From the NCBI RefSeq assembly GCF_030013595.1, contig NZ_CP122768.1: a DNA stretch of 64,000 nt; one strand, written 5' to 3'. The notes below the pieces were generated by a model. It saw only the letters and a program-made list of their open reading frames with translations, searched no databases and had not been told where the DNA came from. Below are positions 23,614 through 34,490 of this stretch, piece after piece. Within the stretch, counting starts at the first letter, position 1. Each line of letters begins with the position of its first letter. The position numbers and the translations under genes are program-made. This DNA is from Escherichia coli. Lineage in GTDB: Bacteria > Pseudomonadota > Gammaproteobacteria > Enterobacterales > Enterobacteriaceae.

Positions 23614-23987
23614 TGTTTCGCCTCCGGATGCTTCCCCTGGGTAATGTTATTTACCGTTCTGTAGTTATCGCGGGTCATCAGGCCGGTTGCCCTGCGAGCC
23701 CGGAGAATATCAATACTGTTTATTAACTGAGAGCGGGTACAGGCGCTGAATCCCGGCTGGTCGGTACGTACCAGTGCGTATTTTTCAACGAGAAAGTTCA
23801 CCGCATCACACAGTGAAATGCCAGCTTCAATATGCTGCTCAATCACACGTTCATCGGCGAACGGTGTGTCATTCAGCGTAAGGCCGTAATGCTGGTCCAG
23901 CAACCGGGACAGCAGTGTCTGCCAGATGGTGACGGGAGACGGGCAGCGCGATGCCTCCCGTACGTGTGTGTCGGGTAATGTTTTCAT
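23610..23987 (-). CDS. cbtA: CbtA/YeeV-family toxin (cytoskeleton-targeting type IV toxin)
   Basis: 125 aa, [70 protein letters not shown]..., closely matching recalled YeeV/YkfI/YpjF toxins. Confidence 0.85.
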
Positions 23988-24076
23988 ACTGAAGATTTTC
24001 CTGATATGCAGAGATGAAAAATGGAAAAGTGGCGTGGTGAAAACACCAGGCCGGAGCAGAAGATTATTCTGATGAT

Positions 24077-24445
24077 TTACTTTTTCGTTTCGGGCGTCGG
24101 ATAAACAGCCAGATAAACGTAACCACAGGAGCCGAAGGTGTCGGCTTCGCAGGTCAGCCCTTTCGCATACAGTGTCACGGTATGCTGATGGTGGGGATTC
24201 AGTTCACCGCTGGTGAGCATGAGTTCCAGTTGTTTCATCAGCAGCGGAAAGGCCTGGTCCAGGTGGTACGAATCCGCGTCGCTGAACCGGCCTCTGATAC
24301 CGGCGCGGTCTGTAAGGTAATGCAACCGGTTACCCTCCTGCACCAGACGTGCCCCGAAACAGGGCGTCACGGTGCAGGGCAGCCCCCACCAGGGGCGGTC
24401 GTTGTTGTTGTCGGGATGCGTTGTCCCGGGCAGTGTGTCTGACAC
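24077..24445 (-). CDS. cbeA: CbeA/YeeU-family antitoxin
   Basis: ORF 24077-24505; likely GTG start at 24445 giving (M)[42 protein letters not shown]..., matching the recalled YeeU antitoxin; directly upstream of cbtA. Confidence 0.8.
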   Translation of the reverse strand: MSDTLPGTTHPDNNNDRPWWGLPCTVTPCFGARLVQEGNRLHYLTDRAGIRGRFSDADSYHLDQAFPLLMKQLELMLTSGELNPHHQHTVTLYAKGLTCEADTFGSCGYVYLAVYPTPETKK

Positions 24446-24523
24446 GATAAAGTCCTCACAGAAATCAGTTAAGAATGGTTCGATGGTGGCGATAATTCGG
24501 CTCATCAGAATGCCCTTCCTGAC

Positions 24524-24745
24524 TCAGTTCAGGGTGACGCTCATCAGCCGGACATACGGGCCAAAACTGTCCTTACGACGTTCAGCAAACACGGCCAGCA
24601 CACCGGGAATATCCTGCACTTCACGACCGGTATACGCTTCAGTGCTGCCGTGCCAGCGGTATTTGCCGGTACAGAACGGGAAAAGACGGGATGCAGGATG
24701 TTGTTGATGAATACGCATGGCTTCGCCACGGGTGATGATTTTCAT
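24524..24745 (-). CDS. YeeT-like small protein (DUF987)
   Basis: 73-aa ORF between the radC-like gene and cbeA, as in CP4-type islands. Confidence 0.6.
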   Translation of the reverse strand: MKIITRGEAMRIHQQHPASRLFPFCTGKYRWHGSTEAYTGREVQDIPGVLAVFAERRKDSFGPYVRLMSVTLN

Positions 24746-24813
24746 GGTGGGATACCTCTGAAGACAGAAGATAAAAGTGAAAACAGGTGTGATGTGATTG
24801 TGGCGGTAACGGG

Positions 24814-25290
24814 TTAAAGCAGGCCGTGTTCCGCAAAGGAGAAAACCTGGCTGCCACCGACTATCAGATGGTCCGGCACCCGGATATCCACCAGGCCCAG
24901 TGCCTGTACCAGACGTTCCGTGATAAGGCGGTCTGCCTTGCTGGGTGTGACTTCACCGGACGGGTGGTTGTGTGCCAGTATCACGGCGGCGGCATTGTGG
25001 TACAGGGCACGTTTAATCACTTCCCGGGGATGGACTTCCGTGCGGTTGATGGTGCCGGTGAAGAGGGTTTCACCGACAATCAGCTGATTCTGGTTGTTCA
25101 GATACAGCACCCGGAACTCTTCCCGCTCCAGTCCCGCCATGTTCAGAATCAGCCACTCCCGTGCCGCATGCGTGGAGGTGAAGGCCACGCCGGGTTCATG
25201 AAGATGGCGGTCCAGGGTTTTCAGGGCCCGCTGAATGAGGCTGCGCTCGCCGGGCGTCATCTCTCCGGGCAGAAAGGAAAGCTGTTGCAT
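24814..25290 (-). CDS. RadC-like JAB-domain protein (YeeS/YkfG family)
   Basis: 158 aa with JAMM/MPN motif region LAHNHPSGEVTPSKAD. Confidence 0.85.
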   Translation of the reverse strand: MQQLSFLPGEMTPGERSLIQRALKTLDRHLHEPGVAFTSTHAAREWLILNMAGLEREEFRVLYLNNQNQLIVGETLFTGTINRTEVHPREVIKRALYHNAAAVILAHNHPSGEVTPSKADRLITERLVQALGLVDIRVPDHLIVGGSQVFSFAEHGLL

Positions 25291-25304
25291 TGTTCCGGCC
25301 CCTT

Positions 25305-25790
25305 TCAGTCAATGATGCACATAATGGCGTTGCATTCCGGATGCTGCAGGGCGTAATCCCGCAGCCGGTAATAATGGACCGTCATGGCATAACACTCCGT
25401 ACGACAGGCATGATGGCTGTACGTCATCAGACAGGCAGCAATGCCGGCGGCTTCCGGGCTCATTTCAGCGCGGTTACCGTTCATGGCACTGAACAGTACC
25501 CATGTTTCGTCATCATCGTCATCCGGTTCGGGTGCCATAAATGCCCCGCCGTTGTTCAGGGTGTACAGATTCCAGATACCACCGCAGTAGTCTTCGCACA
25601 GACGGTCCATCCAGCCGAAGACACGGGGCTCCAGGGTCACCCACTGTGGAATGAGGCCAAAATGCTGCGGCCAGAAGCTGATGCGCTGTTCATCAGGGAC
25701 GAGGGTGGCAACCAGTTGAGGCGGGTTATTCTCTGATACAGCGGTTACGGAAACAGAAGGTGTGGTGGAATTATGCAAAACGGTTGTCAT
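25305..25790 (-). CDS. Antirestriction protein (KlcA/ArdB-like, YfjX family)
   Basis: 161-aa acidic protein (run of DDDDDE) with the conserved island position upstream of radC-like; family assignment from recalled similarity. Confidence 0.7.
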   Translation of the reverse strand: MTTVLHNSTTPSVSVTAVSENNPPQLVATLVPDEQRISFWPQHFGLIPQWVTLEPRVFGWMDRLCEDYCGGIWNLYTLNNGGAFMAPEPDDDDDETWVLFSAMNGNRAEMSPEAAGIAACLMTYSHHACRTECYAMTVHYYRLRDYALQHPECNAIMCIID

Positions 25791-25880
25791 GAGATTATTC
25801 CTTATAAAAAGTAAATGAATGGAAGAAGTCGCGGGGCAGGGACGGACATGAGTCAGAACTGCGCTTTCAGGGAAAAGGCA

Positions 25881-26699
25881 TCAGCGCATACTCTTCAGCA
25901 GTGTTTCTGCCATCACCCACAATGCGCGATTGAGCTTAATGTCCGTGTCGATGCTGTGAATGGCACGGGTATGGATACGTTTTCCTCTGGCACTGCGACC
26001 GGAAATCCCGCCTTTCAGCATATTCTCCTGGATGGTCTGATAAGCACTCCACAGGTCCTTACCGTAATCCTCCCGGCGTCGCGGTGTCAGAATGTCAGCA
26101 GTGGTGACGGGCTGATGTTCGTCACCATAACGGTAAGTCAGTGCCGCCTGTGCCAGCGCCTGGCGTGCCGGTGGCGGCAGGACCAGCGACTGCATGGCAT
26201 CACGCTTCTCCTCAATCCGGTCAAAAACCCCCACCACCTCGTAAGCCCCTTCGATAACTTTCTCCACTACGTCTCCCCGGTGTGGAACACGCACTTCCCC
26301 CAGAGACTGACCACAGACGCATCCGTTCTGGCAGACGAACCTGAAGTAACCCGGCAGCATCTGGTAGCTGGAGGTACCGTCATGAGAGTTCAGCAGGATG
26401 ATTTCAGGGACATGTTCTCCGTTTATCTCTCCGGCCCGCCGCAGACGCAGCATGTGTTTGGTGTATCCCCGGCGGCCCGGGTCGCGCACGCGGGTCTGGC
26501 AGGCGAAGAATGGCTGGAAGCCTTCCCGCTGCAGGCTTTCCAGCACGGTGATGGTGGGGATCCAGGTATAGTTCTCGCTTCTGGATGTGTGTTTCTCTTC
26601 CCCGAATACGCTGGGGACGACCTGCATCAGTTCTTCACGGGTTAAGGGGCGGTCACGGCGTATCTGGTTCGCATAACCAAAACGACTGGCTAATCGCAT
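25881..26699 (-). CDS. DUF932-family island protein
   Basis: 272-aa ORF in the conserved CP4-type position between the GTPase/Ag43 genes and the antirestriction gene. Confidence 0.6.
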   Translation of the reverse strand: MRLASRFGYANQIRRDRPLTREELMQVVPSVFGEEKHTSRSENYTWIPTITVLESLQREGFQPFFACQTRVRDPGRRGYTKHMLRLRRAGEINGEHVPEIILLNSHDGTSSYQMLPGYFRFVCQNGCVCGQSLGEVRVPHRGDVVEKVIEGAYEVVGVFDRIEEKRDAMQSLVLPPPARQALAQAALTYRYGDEHQPVTTADILTPRRREDYGKDLWSAYQTIQENMLKGGISGRSARGKRIHTRAIHSIDTDIKLNRALWVMAETLLKSMR

Positions 26700-27025
26700 G
26701 ATTTATTCCTTATGAATGAGTTAGCGGTATAAATGAAAAAGCCGCGTCTCCCGGAGAAGACGCGGCCTGATGGACGAAATGAATGACGTTTATTGTCTGA
26801 GAAGCCCTTCACTGGCGAGCTGCGTATTTTTATGGAAGGAGATCACCCAATAACCCCATCGGGATCGGGCAATAACCGGCCAAATTGTGAACGATTCAGA
26901 TGCCATTTGGCAGCAAAAGAGCCTTCGGCAATAAACGTGATGTACAACCCGGCATATCTGTTGCTCCCTGAAAGTAAAAAGCCCCGGTCATTATGACCGG
27001 GGCCTGAAGGGGAGTGACCTGATTA

Positions 27026-29872
27026 TCAGAAAGTCACATTCAGCGTGGCCTGACCGTTATAGCCTTCAGCGCTGTTGCCGCTGACACTGTGGGCATAACC
27101 GGCCTGAACGCCCAGAGTGATATTTTCCCGGACACGGGCTTCCAGTCCGGCCTGCAGGTCCAGTGACGTGCCATTCTGTGACGGTGAGAACGTCATGTTA
27201 CTGCCGGCTTCAGCTGTCCCCATGCTCATGTCACCCCGGGAGCTGAAGGTGCGGATAACCGAAGGCTGTACCCACCAGTTCACCGGCAGTTCACTCACAC
27301 TGTGTTTTGCACTGTCGCGCAGGGTGTCACGGGATGAGGTGCCTTCACCAAAGCTCATATCGTTGTGGCTGCCCAGACGGAAACCGGCACGCACATGTTG
27401 TGCACTGCCATGCCCGAACTTCACATAACCGGCGTTATCCTGGCCGTCATCCAGGGAGAGTCCCTGCCAGGTATACTGCAGTTGTGGTTCCAGCATCAGG
27501 TTGTCAGTGATACTGAAGGGCAGACCGGTTTCCAGTGAGCCCAGCCAGCCCCAGCCCCGGGCGCGGAAGTCGTTATTGTCCGATGACGCTTTCATGCTGT
27601 GGCGGGTTCCCTGTGCCACAATGTCAGCCCACAGGCCGGAGGACGTGTGTACCAGATTCAGGTATCCGCCCAGGCTGCCGGCATCATCCCGGACCGTGCC
27701 GGCGCGGGAGCCGTCATCATCCTTAACATCAACGGAAGAATGGCCAGCAGCACCATATACCCCTGCGGTCACAGACATACCGGCAACCTCTGTTCTCAGC
27801 AGGTCACTCTCCAGACGGACGAAGCCATAGCTGCCGCTGCTTTCCGGCGTGGCCCCACGGGCAATACCGCCGTTGTTATCGTGACCGAGATGACCGCCCT
27901 GAATGCTGAGACGGACGCTGTTATTTTCACCGTTTACACCGGTCTGATGGCTGCGGGAGCCTGCCAGAATCCGGTCATAGTCCATTGCCTGTGTCAGCAT
28001 GGAGGCATACAGGGGGACTTCAGCACGATAAGCATTTTCACTGCGCAGGTACCAGTCTTCATCGCTGTCACGGTTCAGGGTGTAGTTAAAGGCACCGGCC
28101 TGAAGCGGGCGACTCAGGGCAAACGCACCTTCTTCTGTGGTGGCACCATTCTGTGCATCCACAACCCGGATACCCTGTCCGGAGGTTGCCACCCCGAGGT
28201 TACTGTTTCCGACATTTGTGAACGCAAGCCAGGTTTTGCCGGTTGCCTGACCACCATTAATCACCAGCTGGTCAGAGGCATTGCTGCCATCAAGGCGAAC
28301 ACGCATATTGATGGTGCCACCCTGACCGGTGAGGTTACTGGTGGTCAGTTTATGGAACGTTACCGGGGCGTCGCCTTTTGCAACAGCACGGCTCAGGACG
28401 GCATCCTGTGTCGTCTGATTATCAAAGCGAATCTCCCCTGCGTTAACAATATCGCCGGTACTGACCACATCACCATTCAGTACCATGCTGGCGCCTTTAC
28501 TGAGCTGTGTTCTGCCACTCAGACTTCCCCCGGCAGCCAGCGTCAGTGTTCCACGATGTCCGACAGTGGTGTTGCCAGCCTGTCCCCCGGCATTAACCGT
28601 AAAGCTGCCGCCATTTTCCAGCAGCAGGCCGCTGGCCTGACCGGATATGCCATCAATACTGAACTTACCGCTGGCATTGGTCCCCTCAACAGTGGCACCA
28701 CTGTCTGCAATCAGGGCACCACCGGATGTCATGGTGACACCTGTCGCCTTACCACCGGCAGACACTGCCAGGGTTCCGCCGTCATCCACCCGTGTTTTCT
28801 GCGCTGAATGGCCTTCCAGTACATCCAGGCGACCGCCGGACTCCAGAACAACGCCGTCAGCCTTACCGTTTTCCACCGTGAAATTGCCCAGACGGTTGCT
28901 GCCAAGAACCGTTGCCGCAGTACTGGTGACCAGTGCTCCACCCTGTTTCAGGGTGACATTCGTGGCTATACCACCGGCGTTCACCTGCAGTTTGCCTTTC
29001 TGGTTAACGGTGGTGAAATCCGCCAGACCACCTTCCTTGACAATCTGCCAGCCGTCACTGTTTACAACCGTGTCAGAGGCTGTGCCTCCGTTGTGCACAT
29101 ACTGGTAACCGCCATTCAGTGTGGTATCCAGCGCATGCCCGTGTACCGTCTGGTCGCCGCCGGCATAAACCACAGTGGTATTTGCTGTTCCTTCAATAGC
29201 CACAATCTGACGACCATTTTTATTGATGGTGGTACGTACGGCATTTCCGCGAACAAACTGCCCGGTATCACCATTTTCTGCATCCGGTCCCCCTTCCGCG
29301 CCGGTATTCACAACCGTGTCGGTTGCCACTGCGCCGGATTTGACGGCCTGCCAGCCCTTCTCATTAATGACAGTACCCGTTGCAATCCCGCCTTCATGTA
29401 CCCACTGCTCACCGCCGTTCAGAGTGGTGTTCACTGCCTGCCCCTGAAGGCTCTGTCCGCCTCCGGCACTGATAACCGTGTCTGAAACGCTTCCTCCGGC
29501 ATTCACTCTCTGAAGACCACCACCGGTGACAGTAGTGTTGTTGGCGGTACCGCCATTTTGTATCCATTGGCCGCCGGTATTGGCCTCGTTATCCGGCCCA
29601 TACTCCAGCCCGGTACTGATGGTCATTCCGTTGGCCGTACCGAAGACAATCTGGTTGTCATGATTTGTCAGTGTTCCGTCGTTCACGGTTTCTCCCGCCT
29701 GTACAACCGTGTCAGCAGCCAGTGCCGGGACTGATGTGACAGCAGCAAGAGACAGCGCAACCGCCACACCGGCGCGTTTTCCCCGTGAGCGGGCCAGTTC
29801 GGAAGCCACCACCAGGGTGCCCGTAATGTGATTCCATACCAGCCTGTAGCTGGTGTTCAGATGTCGTTTCAT
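27026..29872 (-). CDS. flu: Antigen 43-family self-associating autotransporter adhesin
   Basis: ORF 27026-29947; start at internal Met 29872 gives the extended signal peptide MKRHLNTSYRLVWNHITGTLVVASELARSRGKRAG; repetitive beta-helix passenger and C-terminal beta-barrel ending ...ATLNVTF. Confidence 0.9.
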   Translation of the reverse strand: MKRHLNTSYRLVWNHITGTLVVASELARSRGKRAGVAVALSLAAVTSVPALAADTVVQAGETVNDGTLTNHDNQIVFGTANGMTISTGLEYGPDNEANTGGQWIQNGGTANNTTVTGGGLQRVNAGGSVSDTVISAGGGQSLQGQAVNTTLNGGEQWVHEGGIATGTVINEKGWQAVKSGAVATDTVVNTGAEGGPDAENGDTGQFVRGNAVRTTINKNGRQIVAIEGTANTTVVYAGGDQTVHGHALDTTLNGGYQYVHNGGTASDTVVNSDGWQIVKEGGLADFTTVNQKGKLQVNAGGIATNVTLKQGGALVTSTAATVLGSNRLGNFTVENGKADGVVLESGGRLDVLEGHSAQKTRVDDGGTLAVSAGGKATGVTMTSGGALIADSGATVEGTNASGKFSIDGISGQASGLLLENGGSFTVNAGGQAGNTTVGHRGTLTLAAGGSLSGRTQLSKGASMVLNGDVVSTGDIVNAGEIRFDNQTTQDAVLSRAVAKGDAPVTFHKLTTSNLTGQGGTINMRVRLDGSNASDQLVINGGQATGKTWLAFTNVGNSNLGVATSGQGIRVVDAQNGATTEEGAFALSRPLQAGAFNYTLNRDSDEDWYLRSENAYRAEVPLYASMLTQAMDYDRILAGSRSHQTGVNGENNSVRLSIQGGHLGHDNNGGIARGATPESSGSYGFVRLESDLLRTEVAGMSVTAGVYGAAGHSSVDVKDDDGSRAGTVRDDAGSLGGYLNLVHTSSGLWADIVAQGTRHSMKASSDNNDFRARGWGWLGSLETGLPFSITDNLMLEPQLQYTWQGLSLDDGQDNAGYVKFGHGSAQHVRAGFRLGSHNDMSFGEGTSSRDTLRDSAKHSVSELPVNWWVQPSVIRTFSSRGDMSMGTAEAGSNMTFSPSQNGTSLDLQAGLEARVRENITLGVQAGYAHSVSGNSAEGYNGQATLNVTF

Positions 29873-30089
29873 CAGCTTTTCCTTACAGAGGGTGAATAAA
29901 AAAGCCGGTACCCACAAAAGTGGATACCGGCAGGTACAAAACAGCATGGTCAGATAAAGTGGTTTTTCCCGGACATAAATGTTTCCCCTCTCTCATCCGC
30001 CAGAGAAGTATCAGTCCGTTGTGTGCAATTCCGTTCTGCATGATGAAGAGATTCAGCTGCCTTTTCGCAGACCATTAACCACTATAAAC

Positions 30090-30125
30090 GATCGATGGTA
30101 ACGATCGATACCTGTTTTATCGATC
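30090..30125 (-). promoter_or_regulatory. Three clustered GATC (Dam) sites upstream of flu: putative OxyR/Dam phase-variation switch
   Basis: GATC at 30090-30093, 30103-30106 and 30122-30125, about 220-250 bp upstream of the flu start; resembles the agn43 regulatory region. Confidence 0.55.
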
Positions 30126-30243
30126 GTTTTATTCTATTAACAGCAAGGCAGTCACGCAAGAGAAAGAGGTGGGTATGAGGGGGGGGGGTCATGTTTTCAG
30201 TTGGTTAACGCAATGTAATCAGGCATTTCCCCTGGCAGAGTGT

Positions 30244-31154
30244 TCAGAAGAAAATCCAGTTCCATACAGCGCGGGCAACAGAGACCACCGAGTCACGGAC
30301 GGCACGCAGAACCGTGCGTGCAACAGAGGCAACACAGACGCTCTCCGCTGTGTCAAATATCCGGTCCACCGCACCGGTAAACTGTTCACGGGCCTGAGAC
30401 CGGACAGATTCCGTGCGCAGCTCGTCCTGCAGGCGGGTCATCAGGGGACTGGGGCATGGTCGGGAAGCGCTGTCATGAGCGCACTGACCAGCGTATCCAG
30501 TTCCCAGCCGGTGCGGGCCGATACGGCCACAACCGGATGTACGGGCCGGAACAGACGGAATACCGCCTCCGTTTTTTCGCGAATATTCTGTGCCTGTGCG
30601 GGAGAAGGCTGAATACCGGCCATATCCCATTCATGGCAGGGCTCCGTTTTGTCGGCCTGCGTCACCACAAACAGCACCTGCTGATGTCCCCGGTGCAGGA
30701 TGTGTCGCCAGAAATACTCATCCACAGACAGGGCGCGGTCATCGGCTTTAATCAGCCACAGCACCAGGTCCAGTTCGGGCAGAATGTCACGGTACAGGGC
30801 TTCATACTCTGCATCCCTGTCCCGGCTCTCGCCCACCCCGGGCAGGTCAGTGATAACCATGCTGTGACCGTGGCCACTCAGACGGAAGCGCCGCACTTCC
30901 CGGGTGCCGGCGTGAACATCACTGACCGGGGTGACCTCCCCCTGAAACAGCGCATTACAGAGTGAGGATTTACCGGCCCCGCTTTTCCCCATAATGCCAA
31001 TCACGGGTTCGTGACTGGTGAGTTTGCGCAGATGTTCCAGGATGTGACGGGAAAGCGAGTAAGGCAGGGAAGAAAGTGGTTTTTCAATTGCCTCAATGGC
31101 ATCAGACGGATTCATACATGTATTCCCGGTGAAAAAAGACAAAACCCCGCGCAC
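30244..31154 (-). pseudogene. yeeP: YeeP/YkfA-like GTPase, frameshifted
   Basis: N-terminal ORF 30441-31154 carries the GTPase P-loop GKSGAGKSS; the C-terminal portion continues in another frame (ORF 30244-30630, ...SPLMTRLQDELRTESVRSQAREQFTGAVDRIF...). Confidence 0.7.
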
Positions 31155-31224
31155 CGGAAAGGTGGCGGGGGATTCACGGAGATAATATCTGTCTGAGATT
31201 ATTTAGAATGTAACAGGTAATGAA

Positions 31225-32244
31225 TTACTTCCTTCGCTTGTGTTCAAGATATTTTTCTGTAATCAGCATTTCAAAAAACTCTCCTGTTCTCAGACCGTAA
31301 ACAGTTCTGAGTTCATCAAGCATTTCTTTCGCATTGCTTCTTATATGTATATTAATAGCCTTTTTACCATCACTCCGATATTTGTCTTTTTGTTTTTTTT
31401 GATGCCAGGCATGATTTATGCGTGTTCTGAACAGTTCAATGGTATCAGGTGCCTCTTTCCATAAAGCAAAGGCGACGAGAGAGGCAAGATAATATTCTTT
31501 CGTTGAAGATGGTATGAACCACCGGGTCACCGGGTTATGTACCGGATGTGTTTCATCCTGTTTTTGTTTCAGTCTTGTCCAGAACCACTGACACATTTCA
31601 TCATCGTCAGGAAGGAGCCACTTAAACTTTTGACAAGCGCTTTTATTTTTAAGCCACGTCTGCCTGAGTTCCTCGAGGTATATGCTTTTTGCATTTTTAT
31701 TAATTAAAGCATGACAGGAATCAAAATATGAAATGATTACTTTTATTCGTTCGTTATGGGATGATGGATTATCCGGAAGGTTACTTTTTTTGTAAGTATT
31801 TAACGTTTCATCGGTAACTGTTCGTCTTTTTCTGACTTCAATTCCGTTTTTTATCCCTGATGAATTATGGTTTATTTCCGGGAAATTTGTATGGTCTTCC
31901 TTCGACAGATAAATAGTAGTCCAGGTAAAGAAAGTCGCAAGTTCGTCAGTTTTCAACCAGAGAAAACTCTCTTCAGGCAGTATTGCCTGCCCTGCAATAA
32001 TTTCAAGTTCATTAATTTCTTTGCTGAGAGCTTCTTCTGCAGTCGAACCAAAAACACCAAAAGAATTGTTTGAAGCTTTATAATACTTTTCTTTTAAAAA
32101 CGAATTAACATTTCTGATACAGTTTTGTGGGTTGTCAGGCGCAAACTGAGGGAATTCATTGGGGTATTTGTGATTCAGATATTCGGCATAAAACCGACAT
32201 TTACGGGGATCTTTGCATTTGATAAGCATCTGTTCGTTATTCAT
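31225..32244 (-). CDS. Hypothetical protein, AT-rich orphan (339 aa)
   Basis: Long uninterrupted ORF in a low-GC region, Lys/Asn-rich, no recognised motif. Confidence 0.55.
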   Translation of the reverse strand: MNNEQMLIKCKDPRKCRFYAEYLNHKYPNEFPQFAPDNPQNCIRNVNSFLKEKYYKASNNSFGVFGSTAEEALSKEINELEIIAGQAILPEESFLWLKTDELATFFTWTTIYLSKEDHTNFPEINHNSSGIKNGIEVRKRRTVTDETLNTYKKSNLPDNPSSHNERIKVIISYFDSCHALINKNAKSIYLEELRQTWLKNKSACQKFKWLLPDDDEMCQWFWTRLKQKQDETHPVHNPVTRWFIPSSTKEYYLASLVAFALWKEAPDTIELFRTRINHAWHQKKQKDKYRSDGKKAINIHIRSNAKEMLDELRTVYGLRTGEFFEMLITEKYLEHKRRK

Positions 32245-33832
32245 TATCTCACTCCATGGCGCCTCTCTTATAACAAAATCGTCTCAATTTTATTTTGTCA
32301 CTAAGTGATTATCAAATGTTTTTGTTGTGATTTGTTTGTGTTTTTAAATGTTTATGTCATGTTATCAGTGTTTTTATATAAAGATACATTGATGTTTTTA
32401 TGATGGTAAAAAATCATATTTTCTTTTATATTCATTGAGTTATGCTTGTTTGCTCTGCATTTGGGGGATGACAGAAAAGAATGGGCTGTGTTGATCACAT
32501 GCGCCGTATGCGCTGTCCAGGTTACAGGGCACCTCAATATTCAGCGTTTTCCTGTTGACTGGCATTGTTAATATTATGTTTTGGTTTTGTTTTATTGTGT
32601 GGTTGTGAATGTTGTGTTTAGTTTGATGGTTGAGAAAGAAAAAAGAAGACTATGATGCACTAATCAGGAAATATTTTCGACGCCGGTTGAGTTAAAAGAA
32701 CAGATAGAGTGGACAGGTGTTGTGTTAATAGTTTACGGCTGACAGTATTCTTATTTTAATAACAGGTGTTATTATTTATAGATTTATACAGACGATACTC
32801 CCGATAAATAGTCAGGTGATGATGGTCGTTGAGTGGTTTTATAAGCTACGTATAGCTCTGTAAGACTTATTAATTCAACGATGACTACCGTTTATTGATA
32901 TACCTGTATTCGGGAAATGTCATAAAAAATGTCACGTTGTTTGCAGAATCTTTTGTTTTTTAGTTTCTGATACGCAATGACTAAGCAGGAGGACTCACTT
33001 TGTTTGTATGCTGACCGTGATCGCCAGTGGAGATGAACAATTGACTCTTACATTGAAAAATATACTCTTTTGTATTTTATCGTTTATCCGCATGAAGTAA
33101 ATAATCTTCAGCAATGTTATTTATGTAAATATTATCATCTCACCCTGAGTGTTCATTTTATCAGTGTGATATTCCATTGTTTACTGATGAAATTAACCGA
33201 TAAGTGATCTTGTTAAGATTGCCAGAACGACAGTTTTTGCTGAGTCCGTGCAATGGAAGATGTGTTATATCATCTATTTAAGCAATAAGTTTAATACAGA
33301 TTTCAGAAGATGTGTTGGTGAGTTGATGACTGATTTTCAGAGGGGTATGGGAAAGTGTATGGGATCCCATAAAGAAAAAATCATTATTGTTCAGTTGACG
33401 TATATTTCCGGGTGATGGCTCCAGTCAGCAGAACATGTGTTTTTCGATGAATGACCCAATAACTTTTTCGTGAATTTCCACGGAGCGTGAAAAGCAAATC
33501 GTTTTCCGGTTCAGCCGTTTGATGCGGGAACGGAGTGTCAGATGGAGGTGCTCAATGCACCGGGTAAATATCAATACGATTTGAGGAACCATTTGCTGGT
33601 TGATCTCTTTCCGATAGCATTGGATGCAGAAATAACCACATCCAATGTAAATAAGCATCAATTGCACAGAAGCAATATACCTGCGACCCTCTCCGGAAAT
33701 TCCAGTATCACTGGCTACGTACCGTTTTCAGCAGAACGAAATGCGGCGAGGGTCATTTGGCGGACTGCCACAGATAGCCGTCCGGTTGTGTGCAACGATG
33801 AGGAAGGAATCCCGGGAGCGTTACGTTATGAA

Positions 33833-34405
33833 TCAACAGGCGTATAACAGATACTCGTCAATCATCAGTTCAAGCTCGCGCTTTTCTCGTTTGCGCGCCA
33901 CAGCCCAGCTTTCAAGCTCTGCGTGTGATTTATGCTTTAACTCTTCAGTCCAGGGCTGCATGGAGTGGGCACACATCAGATCATACCAGCACAGCCATAT
34001 CAGCGTGTGGTAGAGATCGCGATCTTCGAAACGCCGGAGCAGACTGTTCAGCCTGTTTGCCAGCCGGCTTTCGCCCAGACGATGTAGCTCACTGAGTAAA
34101 ACGCCGCCCAGATTAAAATGCGTAAGCAGCATGATTTCATGGGTCTGAATGCTGGTCATTAACCCTTCCTGAATGGCAGGAATGAACGGTGGCGTTCCCG
34201 GGTTGACGACCTGATAGAGTCCCTGTGGTGCCACTGAGATGATGGTGCCTTTTTCCGGTAGAAAAAAGTGGGCCAGGGTCAGGCGGTGATAACCATGAAG
34301 ATGCGGAGAGCCCATTCCATGAGCGACAATAAACCGGGTTACACTTGCCATCCATTTCTGATGCTGAATTAGCAGCAGATCACACCGGTTTTCAAGTTTT
34401 TGCAT
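33833..34405 (-). CDS. Hypothetical protein downstream of alpA (190 aa)
   Basis: ORF co-oriented with and 85 bp downstream of alpA; no recognised motif. Confidence 0.5.
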   Translation of the reverse strand: MQKLENRCDLLLIQHQKWMASVTRFIVAHGMGSPHLHGYHRLTLAHFFLPEKGTIISVAPQGLYQVVNPGTPPFIPAIQEGLMTSIQTHEIMLLTHFNLGGVLLSELHRLGESRLANRLNSLLRRFEDRDLYHTLIWLCWYDLMCAHSMQPWTEELKHKSHAELESWAVARKREKRELELMIDEYLLYAC

Positions 34406-34490
34406 AATATTCTCTCCTTTAGCACGCAGCAGAATGCCTCCGGAGGCCGGATAGTGTATTCGCTGCGGTTGAACGGATAACGGTCAGGAA

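Noticed and set aside
27599..28807. 402-aa ORF on the + strand inside the flu (Ag43) gene, plus several other long + strand ORFs between 27117 and 29485
   Set aside because: Antisense to a well-supported autotransporter gene; long antisense frames are expected in GC-rich repetitive passenger-domain sequence, and the translations are low-complexity Ala/Gly/Thr/Pro strings.
30169..30612. 147-aa + strand ORF spanning the G10 tract and the yeeP 3' region
   Set aside because: Overlaps the frameshifted yeeP pseudogene on the opposite strand and starts within the flu regulatory region; no supporting motif.
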